DNA of 64,000 bases, taken from Octopus bimaculoides (taxonomy: Eukaryota). Where the stretch lies: assembly GCF_001194135.2 (NCBI RefSeq), contig NC_068990.1:25328740-25392739 (forward strand), read 5' to 3'. Both the position numbers and the translations under genes were made by a program. Positions 1 through 10,561 of the stretch are shown in pieces. The notes beneath the pieces are model-generated. The model ran no database searches and had not been told where the DNA came from. It worked only from the letters and a program-made list of their open reading frames with translations. The stretch's first letter is position 1. Each line of letters begins with the position of its first letter.

Positions 1-115
1 AGAGACCAATAGAATAAGTACTAGGCTTCCAAAGAATAAGTCCTGGGGTCGATTTGCTCGACTAAAGGCGGTGCTCCAGCATGGCCACAGTCAAATGACT
101 GAAACAAGTAAAAGA

Positions 116-116
<1 letters not shown>
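1..116. mobile_element. SINE-like interspersed repeat, family A fragment
   Basis: The motif gtcgatttgctcgactaaaggcggtgctccagcatggccacagtcaaatgactgaaacaagtaaaagag recurs as diverged copies at about 45250-45400 (same strand) and at about 20155-20530, 40460-40680, 55435-55650 and 58615-58850 (opposite strand). Confidence 0.8.
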
Positions 117-156
<40 letters not shown>

Positions 157-1682
157 CACACACAAACATATATATGAAATTATGAAATGTCTTTTTACAA
201 AGTTACTCAAAGGAAATATAAATTAAGCTCACTATATATGGGGGTAAAAATTATATTTATACTGCATTCCATACTGATTTTCTAGATGGTGGAAAATAAG
301 TTATTCATATTTTGTTACATAGAAGTAAAATTAATATAAGCAATAATTTTCTTTATCATTTTTTAAATAAATTTTTAACTTTTTATCTTATGACACACTA
401 AAGCGGCTTCAATAACAGCACATTTCTCTAAATTCTTTATTTTCTTTCTATTTGAGAAGGGGAATTTTCCCCGAAATATTATAGGGGCCTGCGAAACTTG
501 AAGTAGCACTGAACCGAATCAAACTGTTTTAGATAATATAGATAAATTTGTGTGTGTGTGTGTGTCCTTACCTTCGAAATGCGGAGTAGATAAAACAGGG
601 GATAACTGATGAAGAGAATGTTCTTTATGTTGCATGTCTCGTTTTTCTTTTTTTTTCGTTGTTCGAAAAAAAAGTTCGTTTTCTATGTTTTTGTTTTTAT
701 GTTTTCGTTTCTCATTGCGTCTATGTTTTTTTAATGTCCTGTACCCATATATGCATGTATATATACATATATATGTAGGTATGTACATATATGTATGTAT
801 ATATGCATCAGTACGAAATATAGGCCATTTCCGTAAAAAAAGTGTTGGAGGGAAAGAGAGAAACGACGTCGTAAAAGCGAAAGAGATACAGAGAGTGCGA
901 TTTCTTTTGAGGGGTTTAGGGTTTGGGTTAGGAAATTCCGTCCCTAACCCTAACACCCTAGTGAAGATCGTGCGGGTGTTACAGAAAAGCCGATCTTTGG
1001 TAAAGATCGCCGAAGACACTTTTTACGGAAAAGGCCGATATTTGGTACTGATATCGAAAGATTGCCTTCCTTTTTCTTAAAGTTTACTTGGAAAATATGC
1101 CTTTAATTGTTTTTGTTTTTAATTTAATCCTCTGTGTGTCATAAAATTAAAAAGCCAGACACCCTTACTCTATAAAACCAGCTTCAAGACGCTGTTGAAA
1201 CCTCGACTACTGGGGCCGCACACTTTGAAGTCAAGCCGCATATTAACTGCATATTAATGAAGACTTTCATTATGAGCCGTCAATAGTTTGGGGTTTGTAA
1301 AAAGACAAGGGTTTATGTGATGAATTCATTGAGTTGTGTTTAACATGAGAACTAATGAAGTGAAAAGTTTCATCCCGCCCTTTACAATCTCTCTATTGTA
1401 GTCACTTTATTGTATGTAATAGAATTATAGAGTAGTAGCCAGGCGGATGTTAATTCTTTTGAAATGGGCCGATCTTTGCCGAAAATGTCAGCCAGAGCAA
1501 ACACTCAACTTCCGCGTGTTTGTACGTGTGTACGTACGCGTGTGTGTGTGAGTATGTATGTGTGGTATGGTATGGTATGTATTTATGAATATATATATAC
1601 ACACACACACATAGACACAGATGCATGCACAAACTTGCTAATACACATATATAGATACATGCACATACATATATTCTTTTGT

Positions 1683-1885
1683 ACTCTAGGCACAAGGCCC
1701 GAAATTTTGGGGGAGGGGGCCAGTCGATTAGTTCGATGCAGTACGCAACTGGTACTTAATTTATCGACTCCGACAGGATGAAAGGCGAAGCCGACCTCGG
1801 CGGAATTTGAACTCAGAACGTAAAGACAGATGAAATACCACTCAGCATTTTGCCCTGCGTGCTAACGTTTTCGCCAGCTCGCCAC
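1683..1885 (-). mobile_element. tRNA-derived SINE, family B (most abundant repeat in the window)
   Basis: The reverse complement carries a B-box-like ttctgagttcaaattccgccgagg. Same-orientation copies lie at about 12145-12395, 26215-26430, 26470-26685, 28755-28940, 37910-38075, 51780-51965, 52520-52705, 57290-57505 and 57885-58050. Opposite-orientation copies lie at about 29290-29600, 29725-29940, 34460-34720, 38200-38300, 43380-43480, 53070-53310 and 60260-60430. Confidence 0.85.
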
Positions 1886-2225
1886 CACAAACACACACAC
1901 ACACACACACACATTTAAACATACAGATGCATATGTGTGTATGAATGCCTGTTAACATATGTATATGTGTAGGTGTGTGAATGTTTGGGGGTTATGGTGA
2001 TAGTAGTGATGATGCGTGAGTGTCTATGTATGTACGTATGTGTCTTGTATCTTGTAATCTTCTACTTCAATACACAAGAGTAATTCTATCTAATCACTAA
2101 GGCGTTCATTATGAAATATGCGAGACCAAGCGACTAAGATACTCAATCTTTGAATAGTTTCAAAATACCATTGAAGGCGCTAAGATGTCTATTTCATCAC
2201 TGCTTGCTGTCACAGTATCTTTATT

Positions 2226-2270
2226 NNNNNNNNNNNNNNNNNNNNNNNNNNNNNNNNNNNNNNNNNNNNN
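2226..2270. other. Assembly gap (N run)
   Basis: Directly visible. Other gaps: 4843-5367, 12755-13056, 19562-19885, 30184-31060, 36650-36810, 47030-47070. Confidence 1.
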
Positions 2271-2719
2271 CCCATCATCTTGATGAGGGACAAATAAATT
2301 GACAACTCATTATTTCTATTCGAGAATGGCGATAAGAGGTGAAAGACGAATGCAAGTGTAATTGATAATATATGTGTGTGAGTCAGTTGAAAAAAAGCAC
2401 ACTCTAATTTTTGTTTGTTTTGAGCAGTATTATTTTATGAAGTCGTTGGTCGTGGCCGATACACACACGCATATATGTATGAGACACAGCATAAATCTGT
2501 CACGTTTTACAGGTTGACAAATATTTCATCAGCAACTTAGAACTTAAAAAGCCAAAATAAATACCACAAGGCATCTAAGAATTCCCGCAATCCCTCACCG
2601 TGGACCAGAACTATATTCTATCAACAAAACCGACTCAGCAGGATTTCAACTCAAAATATGAGCAGAACCATCTCCAGCTCCATAAGAAGAGTTCAGTTGA
2701 GAACTACAAGCTAACAAAC

Positions 2720-3280
2720 AATCATCATCATCGTCGTCGTTTAACATCCGCTTGCCATGCTGGCATGGGTTGGACGGTTTGACTGAGGTCTGGAGAGCCA
2801 GGAGGCTGCACCAGGCTCCAATCTGATTTGTCAGAGTTTCTACAGCTGGATGTCCTTCCTAACGCCAACCACTCCGAGAGTGTAGCGGGTACTTTTTACG
2901 TGCCACCGGCACGTACAAACAGTCAGGCAGTACTGGCATCAGCCACGCTTGGATGGTGCTCTTTACGTGCCACCGGCACGGGAGTCAGTCAGGCGGCACT
3001 GGCAACGACCACGCTCGAATGGTGTTTTTACGTGCCACTGGCACGGAAGCCAGTCAGTCGGCACTGGCATTGATCACGCTCAAATGCCTTTTACGTGCCA
3101 CCGTCATGGGTGCCAATCAGGCGGTACTGTCATCGGCCACAACAACAACTTCACTTCAACAGGTCTTTGTGAGTGCAGTTTACTGCCCAAAGATTGAAGG
3201 GTACTCTTAGATGGGCTGGTTATACTGCACTGGCATAGGCCATGGTTACGGTCTCCCATTAATTTAAATACAGGGGACTT
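2720..3280 (-). mobile_element. RTE-clade LINE 3' end or RTE-derived SINE, with an internal tandem array
   Basis: A (CAT)n tail is followed by cgtttaac...ccatgctggcatgggttggacgg...ctacagctggatg...ccaaccactccgagagtgtag. Related sequence adjoins the RTE RT coding region at 53560-55135. Further copies lie at about 11925-12140, 20800-21260, 27920-28105, 44130-44340, 48015-48175 and 59420-59780. Confidence 0.8.
2893..3140. repeat. Tandem minisatellite, about four diverged 60-68 bp units
   Basis: Repeated unit (t)tttacgtgccac(c/t)ggcacg...agtcag...ggcactggca...cacgct at about 2893, 2962, 3027 and 3089. Confidence 0.9.
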
Positions 3281-3844
3281 CTACATGGTTGCTTCACCTG
3301 TAAGAAATAGTATCCACATCTCTCTTAAGCCATCCTACTCTAGTTGCCTCTAAGCTGTGCGCTTATGCATGCATATACATTTTACAAGCAGTACACAATG
3401 GTGAAACAATTTGCACAAGCCTTTTTGAGATGAAACCAATTTGTTTTTAATTGAAGAAATCCGAGTGATGGATACATGCATAGATGCACACATACTTTGC
3501 AAAGGAAGTCAAGATTTGCACACAAACAAATTCCTGCACACATCTATAGTAAAAAAAAACTAAGAGGGAACATTACCCTACATGATGATAATAAAAGCAA
3601 GAACAAACATTATATAATGTTGTCTTGCCTAAAGACAGGATGGTCAAGACTGGAATGATTTTGATCATAGGTCTGCTCAACCAGTGTTGACCTGGAGTTA
3701 AACAACCACAACAAAAGCAATTTGTTCTTGCTTTGTAGTAACTATTTTCAGACGGGCAAACTGAACCTTTTGAGGATTAAGTTTATTGGCTTAAGAACCA
3801 GAACAGAACCTATAACAGTATATGAACCGTCTATCTATTTATTG

Positions 3845-4170
3845 TGAAGGCACATGGCTTAGTAGTTAGGGTAATTGGCTCATGATCATAAGGTTGTGAG
3901 TTCAATTCCTGGCGATGCATTGTGTCCTTGAGCAAGACTCTTTATTTCATGCTGTTGCAATCTGCTCAGCTGGCAAAAATGAGTTGTACCAGTAATTCAA
4001 AAGGGCTAGCCTTGTCAGATTCTGTGTCATGCTGAATCTCTGAGAAATATGTTAAGGCTACACGTGTCTGTAGAGTGCTCAGCCACTTACACGTTAATTT
4101 CACAAGCAGGCTGTTCCGTTGATTGGATCAACTGGAACTCTCATTGTCATAACCAACGGAGTGCACGTGC
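3845..4170 (+). mobile_element. tRNA-derived SINE, family E, near full length
   Basis: A-box-like tggcttagtagttagg and B-box-like gagttcaattcc. Related copies lie at about 9900-10020 (5' part), 13730-14020 (minus) and 48620-48900 (minus). Confidence 0.8.
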
Positions 4171-4787
4171 TCCACTATTAGCCCAGTTGTCTGCATCCCT
4201 AGATTTAATATTGAGTCTGCCCTGAATATCTCCTTCAAATCACACCCTAGGAGCTTAAAAATGTAAACAACCCACATTGGATAATGCTGAATTTGAGATT
4301 TAAAAAACAAAACAAAAAAAGAAAACATGGTGACTGAAAACCCACCACAAAAACTTTGTTTTAAGTGCTTTAAGCTAGTACTGAGTCTATCCCTGGTCCC
4401 TACCTTTTCCTAATCATGTAACCTGAACTAGGACACAGTGGGATAGAAGTTGAGGATGCGAGTTTAGTCACTAACTGTCTAACCATATTACAGGTTTTAC
4501 AGGGTTACACATATGCATACATGTTTACCTGTAGCAACAAACACACACACACACATACGCGCGCGGATTTGCACACTTGTAAGCATACTCACACACAAAC
4601 ACATAAAATGTTTGAATGCCAACCGGAAGAAAAAGACTTCCGGCAAAAATATATTGTTATAAAAGTACTTATTCATCCAGACATAAATATGCAGCTATGT
4701 TACAGTATCTATTTTAATCTGTCATTTTATATATATGTGTGTGTGTGTGTGTGCATGCATGTATATATGTGTGTGCATGTATGTATG

Positions 4788-4842
<55 letters not shown>

Positions 4843-5367
4843 NNNNNNNNNNNNNNNNNNNNNNNNNNNNNNNNNNNNNNNNNNNNNNNNNNNNNNNNNN
4901 NNNNNNNNNNNNNNNNNNNNNNNNNNNNNNNNNNNNNNNNNNNNNNNNNNNNNNNNNNNNNNNNNNNNNNNNNNNNNNNNNNNNNNNNNNNNNNNNNNNN
5001 NNNNNNNNNNNNNNNNNNNNNNNNNNNNNNNNNNNNNNNNNNNNNNNNNNNNNNNNNNNNNNNNNNNNNNNNNNNNNNNNNNNNNNNNNNNNNNNNNNNN
5101 NNNNNNNNNNNNNNNNNNNNNNNNNNNNNNNNNNNNNNNNNNNNNNNNNNNNNNNNNNNNNNNNNNNNNNNNNNNNNNNNNNNNNNNNNNNNNNNNNNNN
5201 NNNNNNNNNNNNNNNNNNNNNNNNNNNNNNNNNNNNNNNNNNNNNNNNNNNNNNNNNNNNNNNNNNNNNNNNNNNNNNNNNNNNNNNNNNNNNNNNNNNN
5301 NNNNNNNNNNNNNNNNNNNNNNNNNNNNNNNNNNNNNNNNNNNNNNNNNNNNNNNNNNNNNNNNNNN

Positions 5368-5436
5368 CCTAACCCTAAGCCTAAGCCTAAGCCTAAGCCT
5401 AACTCTAACCCTAGGGTTAGGGTTAGGGTTAGGGTT
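5368..5436. repeat. Interstitial telomere-like palindrome (CCTAAG/CCCTAA)n-CCCTAGGG-(TTAGGG)n
   Basis: cctaaccctaagcctaagcctaagcctaagcctaactctaaccctagggttagggttagggttagggtt; the left end runs into an N gap. Confidence 0.85.
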
Positions 5437-6050
5437 AATTGTTTCAGAATCGTTTGTTTATGTAGTCGGCACTTAATGTATATCGGCTGAATGGACGTCA
5501 GTGATTGGTTGAAATTACAGAAATACGACAACTTTAACATGGAATAATTTATGGATTTCTTTTTTTTTTAAGAAGACTAAGAGAAAAAGATGTTTTATAT
5601 GACACATTCTACCAGTGTTCCAAGTTTCAAAATGTTTCGTTAATGAAAAATGTGGCCCCCGTTTTAAAAAAGATCCGCTGATTGGACAGGGCATTAATAC
5701 TTTCGAAACTAACAGGAATCTGTTGGAAAAAATATATTGTCTGATGATCAAGTTAAGTGAAGCATTGAGTAACAGTTTAGTCTTTTCAGCTTCAGTAAAA
5801 CTAAATATATAAAATGCGTGTGTGTTAATGTTTATCATTGTACCTATCCATTTGTTCTCTTGTCTGTTTATCAGTATATCTTGCTGTATATTTATACCTC
5901 TGTGCATTTTATCTGTTTAGTCATATGAATGTACATAAGAGCATACACACACACATTTTTAGATGTAGATGAATAGGTAGTTACGTGATAATAAATTTTT
6001 ACAGGAAATGGTTTTCTTCCTGTTGGCATTCTCATTTATTTGTTCTTGTG

Positions 6051-6090
<40 letters not shown>

Positions 6091-6369
6091 TAATAAATTT
6101 CTAAATCTCTCAGTGAGACTTATATATAATGTATGTACACACACACACAGTTGAAATTTATAGAAAAGCAAAAGACGAAGACGGGTGTATGAACAACAAG
6201 CAAGTGTATTAGTTTGACGCTCGGGGAAAAATGAAAAAGTTTTTTACGTTTCAAGCCTATGCTCTTCAACAGAAAGGATTAAGAGAAAATAAACAGAGAG
6301 AGAATGAAAAAAACTTGTAGATCTCAGTGGCCCAGCATGGCGTGTGTGTGTGAGTGTTTGTGTGTATGC

Positions 6370-6610
6370 TTGTCATCATCATTTTAACGTCCATTTTTCC
6401 ATGTTTGTATAGGTGAGACAATTTATTGAGACAGATTTTCTATGGCCAGATGCCTTTCCTGTTGTCAGCCTTTACCTGTTCCCAAGCAAAGTAATATTTC
6501 CCCTTTGCCAGACATTTAAATTGAATGATACTGCTAGCATTACAGTGGCAATCATTTGCAACTGTCATATAACATCAAGACAAGGAGACACAAAAACACA
6601 CATTCACACA
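6370..6610. mobile_element. Interspersed repeat family F
   Basis: ttctatggccagatgcctttcctgttgtcagcctttacctgttcccaagcaaagtaatatttcccc matches a second copy at about 12480-12690. Confidence 0.7.
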
Positions 6611-8289
6611 TGCGCATAAACATACATATATGCATGGGTGTGTGTGTGTTTACATATTGTATTTTTGCTTTTGTATCTATGTCTGTGCTTAGATTAGTCT
6701 CAAATTTCAGTGGTTCAACAAATTGAAATTGATAACATGAATATCAAGCTTGAAAATAAGTACTGGCGTCTGTATGCTCAACAAAATCCTTGAAAGCTCT
6801 GCCCCAGCACAGACCATGACCAAAACTAGCAAACCAAAGAGTGACAAGACCCACAATATTTATTGGTTGTTCCTAAAGTTGTGAAATTGATGCAGGTAAT
6901 GTCTAGTTTGAATGTCTGCTAGGTTTCCACTGATATTGATCTTGAGATCTGTAGCAGAATGGATTGACAAAAGCATAAATGACAAACTATTCTCTCTCCC
7001 TTTTATTAATAGTTGTTGTTTGGATGTAGCAGAGAACACTTATCTATAAAGATCATGTTTTAACCATTTGCTCTGATTGGTTAGTTTTTAGGTGCAATTT
7101 GTTCCCTAAACAATTACGCCAAATTACCCAGTCAAGCAATCAGATGCACTCAAATGGATAACATGTTCTCTTGGTAGAAAAACCTTTCACATCTCTGTGG
7201 AGCCTAGCAATTTCTTTAAATAGATCAGTTTTTCTCTGCTTAGGGGGTTTAGCTTGCATTACCTCCAGGAAGCTATTGCTCACTTTCTCCACGTTACAAC
7301 ACAATGAAATTCATCACTGCCAATATCGCTGCTTCCAGCTCTTTACTGCATCTAACACCAACAACGACATCATAATTCATCCTCTTGTATATAAATTCTC
7401 TAAGTGAATATGACTTATAGCATTCCTGTAGAAACCTTCATTTACCTTATACAATGTTTAATGTCATTTCACATTCTTGAATTATGCAGCAATCAATACT
7501 TGTAATGTATGTATTACCAGTTCTTTTGGTACAGTAGATTTTTGCTATTCTTGTTTATGTCTTCTCACAGACATGTATATTCTAAGTTGCTTCTTAAATT
7601 TCGCACCTTTCTTGTTCAATAAACACTGAGTTAAACTTGCAAAGCTGTTTATTTCCTCCTTTCGATTTTTAATGTTTATTTTAGCGGGTTACCAAACTAT
7701 CAGTTTGGTCTCCCTGCTAAAGATCTATATCTGTTAGATCTGACAGCCAGGAACTTGGATAGAAATTTAATGACCTGAAACAAATCTGCCTGCTGTCAGG
7801 CCCTGGGAAAAGAAAGGAGTGAGATAATTCAGAAACTCTTTTATAAAGGAATCCAGCAGATGGTCATGAGTCACTGATTCTTAACTCTGCTCTCTAGTCC
7901 CTCGATGTACAAGTTAAATGCTTCTCTTATAAGCGTTACTGACATCTTATCTCTTGCTACATTTTGTCATATACAGACTATTTACCTTTTGCTACCACAA
8001 TACACATCAATTTATTTTACTAGCACTCTACCGATTATACAAATCCTGCTGCTATTTTACTGTTAAATATCAGCTTAGGTATAAATGTAACTTCACTTCT
8101 AGAGAATTCCATGAGGTTTCCCTAGTTTCTTTCTTTCCCTCTCTATTTCTCTTCCTTTTTCCTGTCTGTACTTCTTTCTTTCTTTCTTTTTTAATATATC
8201 TCTTTTAATACCCAAGTCTCACACAAAACTGCGCCAAATATTTCAAGATTTATCAGAAGCAAGCATCAAATATATGTGTGAGAAACCAA

Positions 8290-8460
8290 GTTTTGAATGC
8301 CTTTTACATACACACACACACACATACACACACACATGCACATGAGCACATGCATAAACACATGTGCATGCACGGAAATGCACAAACTTTCATACCCAAA
8401 CACATATACCCACATAACACACATCTACACACAAATCTGCTCACATACACGTGTACACAA

Positions 8461-8510
<50 letters not shown>

Positions 8511-8727
8511 TGGAGCAAATATATCTAGTAAGCACAAATACACATGCCTGAATGCACACCTCTACACACATGTATTTATACACTAACACAAGCATATACA
8601 CATACACACATAAAACACACACACACGCATGCATACACATACATATAGATATACCTATTCACAGAAAAAAGCACCTGCACACACAAATACACTATGTATG
8701 CTAGCCTCTACACATACAAATTCATAT

Positions 8728-8768
<41 letters not shown>

Positions 8769-9300
8769 CAATCACACACTACACACAAGTACACGTTAGC
8801 ACTCACACAGAAATACATATACACTCATGCACACCTCTGTACATACAAATTTATATACAAACACACACACAGAGAAACATTAATTCATACATACACAAAT
8901 ATATACATATATGCCTCTACACACACACACACATTTATATACAAACACACATACACACTCAAACACATCAGTACAGACACATACACATATATGCTAACAT
9001 GCACTCCTCCACACACACACACACACACATATTTGTATGCAAACACATAGAAACATGCGTTCGTGCATACATCCAAATACAACACATGCATGCATGCCAC
9101 TACACATACATTTATGCAAAATCTCAAATGCACATGCATACATACAGAGAACACAAATACATATACATTCACAAATACACATGCACACACAAATACACAC
9201 CTTTGCATGCAAACTCCCATAATTCTAAACACACATGCACACACGCACACACATACCTACAAGAAACACACATGCACGCATCGACACAGACAATATGCAA
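8290..9300. repeat. About 1 kb degenerate CA/TA microsatellite mosaic
   Basis: Continuous cacacatacac-type low complexity. Similar tracts lie at 9540-9900, 36590-37110, 45960-46370, 60575-60830 and 63340-64000. Confidence 0.95.
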
Positions 9301-9634
9301 GAAACACGCAAGAGCATTTGTTGCTATTAGATAGCAACACTTTACACTCAGCCATTTTCTCAGCATTCCTGCAAATTCCAGATCTCTCAACGTCATTATC
9401 CCAATAAATTCCTGAAATACCAAAAGGTTCCAACAGGCAGACATCCTCCTACGGTAGAAGACAAAGATTAAGAAAAACAAATAAATAAAGATTATCATGC
9501 ATTCTTAGTTTTACTAAGAAGCAAAAGAAAAGAAAAAAACGTGTGTGTGTGTGTGTGTACATGCATGTGTATGTATGTATGTATATATACACTTAGATAT
9601 ACGCACACACATGAGATACACATAAATGTATATA

Positions 9635-9710
<76 letters not shown>

Positions 9711-9813
9711 TATATGTATAAATATGTATATACGTATATATATATTCACATATATATACATATGTGAAAATGTGTGTATATATCATATTTATATATACAC
9801 ACGCAAATATGTA

Positions 9814-9877
<64 letters not shown>

Positions 9878-10018
9878 TACATATATATACATGTGTGAAG
9901 ATGCATGGCTCAGTGGTTAAGGTGTTCACTCATGAATGCAAGATCATGGGTTTGATTCCCAGACCAGGTGTTGCATTGTATTCTTGAGCAAAGCACTTCA
10001 TTTCATGTTGCTCTCTGA

Positions 10019-10561
10019 TCATTTTGTCATCTGACCCGTTGCATCTGTACAGGTAGTGTCAATGTATGAATATGTACTGAAGTCGACACTTTTGTTTTCT
10101 AATAGTCTTTGTCGTATTTGATTCGAAGTGAGCCCATTTATAAATGCATCTTGAATCATTTCAGACCGGTACTGCTCAGCACTCACTGCATCAAAGTCAC
10201 AGTCTTTCACTAATATTTTGAGTTCATTTAAGAACTGGTCTAGAGATTCCTCTGGTTTCTGTTTTCTTGTGGCTAGAAGATGGCTTGCTATTATGATGTT
10301 CTTTGGTTTAATGTACACACTCTTTAGTGTATTCCCAGCTTGTTCGTAGTTCTTAGCTTCACTGATGAATTTGTATACATTCTGTTCCACATGATTAATC
10401 AAAAGATTGAGTTTATTGATAATCCTACCTTCCTGCCCTGGTAATGAATCTATAAAGTTGGTGAAAGTTCTAAACCAGTGATTAAAAGTTTTATCAGCAT
10501 TTGTAGAATTTCGGTCTACATTCAATCTGTCAGGTTTCAAGTATCTTTCCATATCGTTCAT
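10019..10561 (-). CDS. gag: Ty3/Gypsy-type Gag capsid ORF, 180 aa; Gag-like to about codon 160, truncated before the zinc knuckle
   Basis: MERYLKPDRLNVD...FNHWFRTFTNF...IKPKNIIIASHLLATRKQKPEESLDQFLNELKILVKDCDFDAVSAEQYRSEMIQDAFINGLTSNQIRQRLLEN matches the Gypsy Gag pattern as I recall it (HLLATRKQ..ESLD.FL..L..L..DC.F..V.A..YR.E.IRDAFI.GL.S..IRQRLLEN). The last ~20 codons are non-Gag and run into the adjacent SINE. Confidence 0.88.
   Translation of the reverse strand: MNDMERYLKPDRLNVDRNSTNADKTFNHWFRTFTNFIDSLPGQEGRIINKLNLLINHVEQNVYKFISEAKNYEQAGNTLKSVYIKPKNIIIASHLLATRKQKPEESLDQFLNELKILVKDCDFDAVSAEQYRSEMIQDAFINGLTSNQIRQRLLENKSVDFSTYSYIDTTCTDATGQMTK

Noticed and set aside
2893-3140. CRISPR-like repeat-spacer array (also considered for 29944-31226)
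   Set aside because: The inter-repeat segments are homologous to each other rather than unique spacers; there are no cas genes and the context is eukaryotic.
3845-3920. tRNA genes at SINE heads
   Set aside because: A/B-box-like motifs are present, but there is no complete cloverleaf and each continues into a SINE body.
5368-5436. True chromosome end or telomere fusion site
   Set aside because: The array is short and internal, and ordered CCCTAA then TTAGGG, opposite to an end-to-end fusion.
4521-5540. Long ORFs spanning N runs (also 12627-13164, 19279-20027, 29890-31410)
   Set aside because: Their length comes from X codons in assembly gaps.
9401-9420. About 20-nt match ccaataaa(a)ttcctgaaat shared with about 27698-27718
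   Set aside because: It is short, AT-rich and does not extend into the flanks; compatible with chance.
8278-9987. Many ORFs rich in HT/YI/CV dipeptides (also 36512-37184, 45888-46385, 63284-63744)
   Set aside because: They are translations of CA/TA microsatellites, which lack stops in several frames; no coding evidence.
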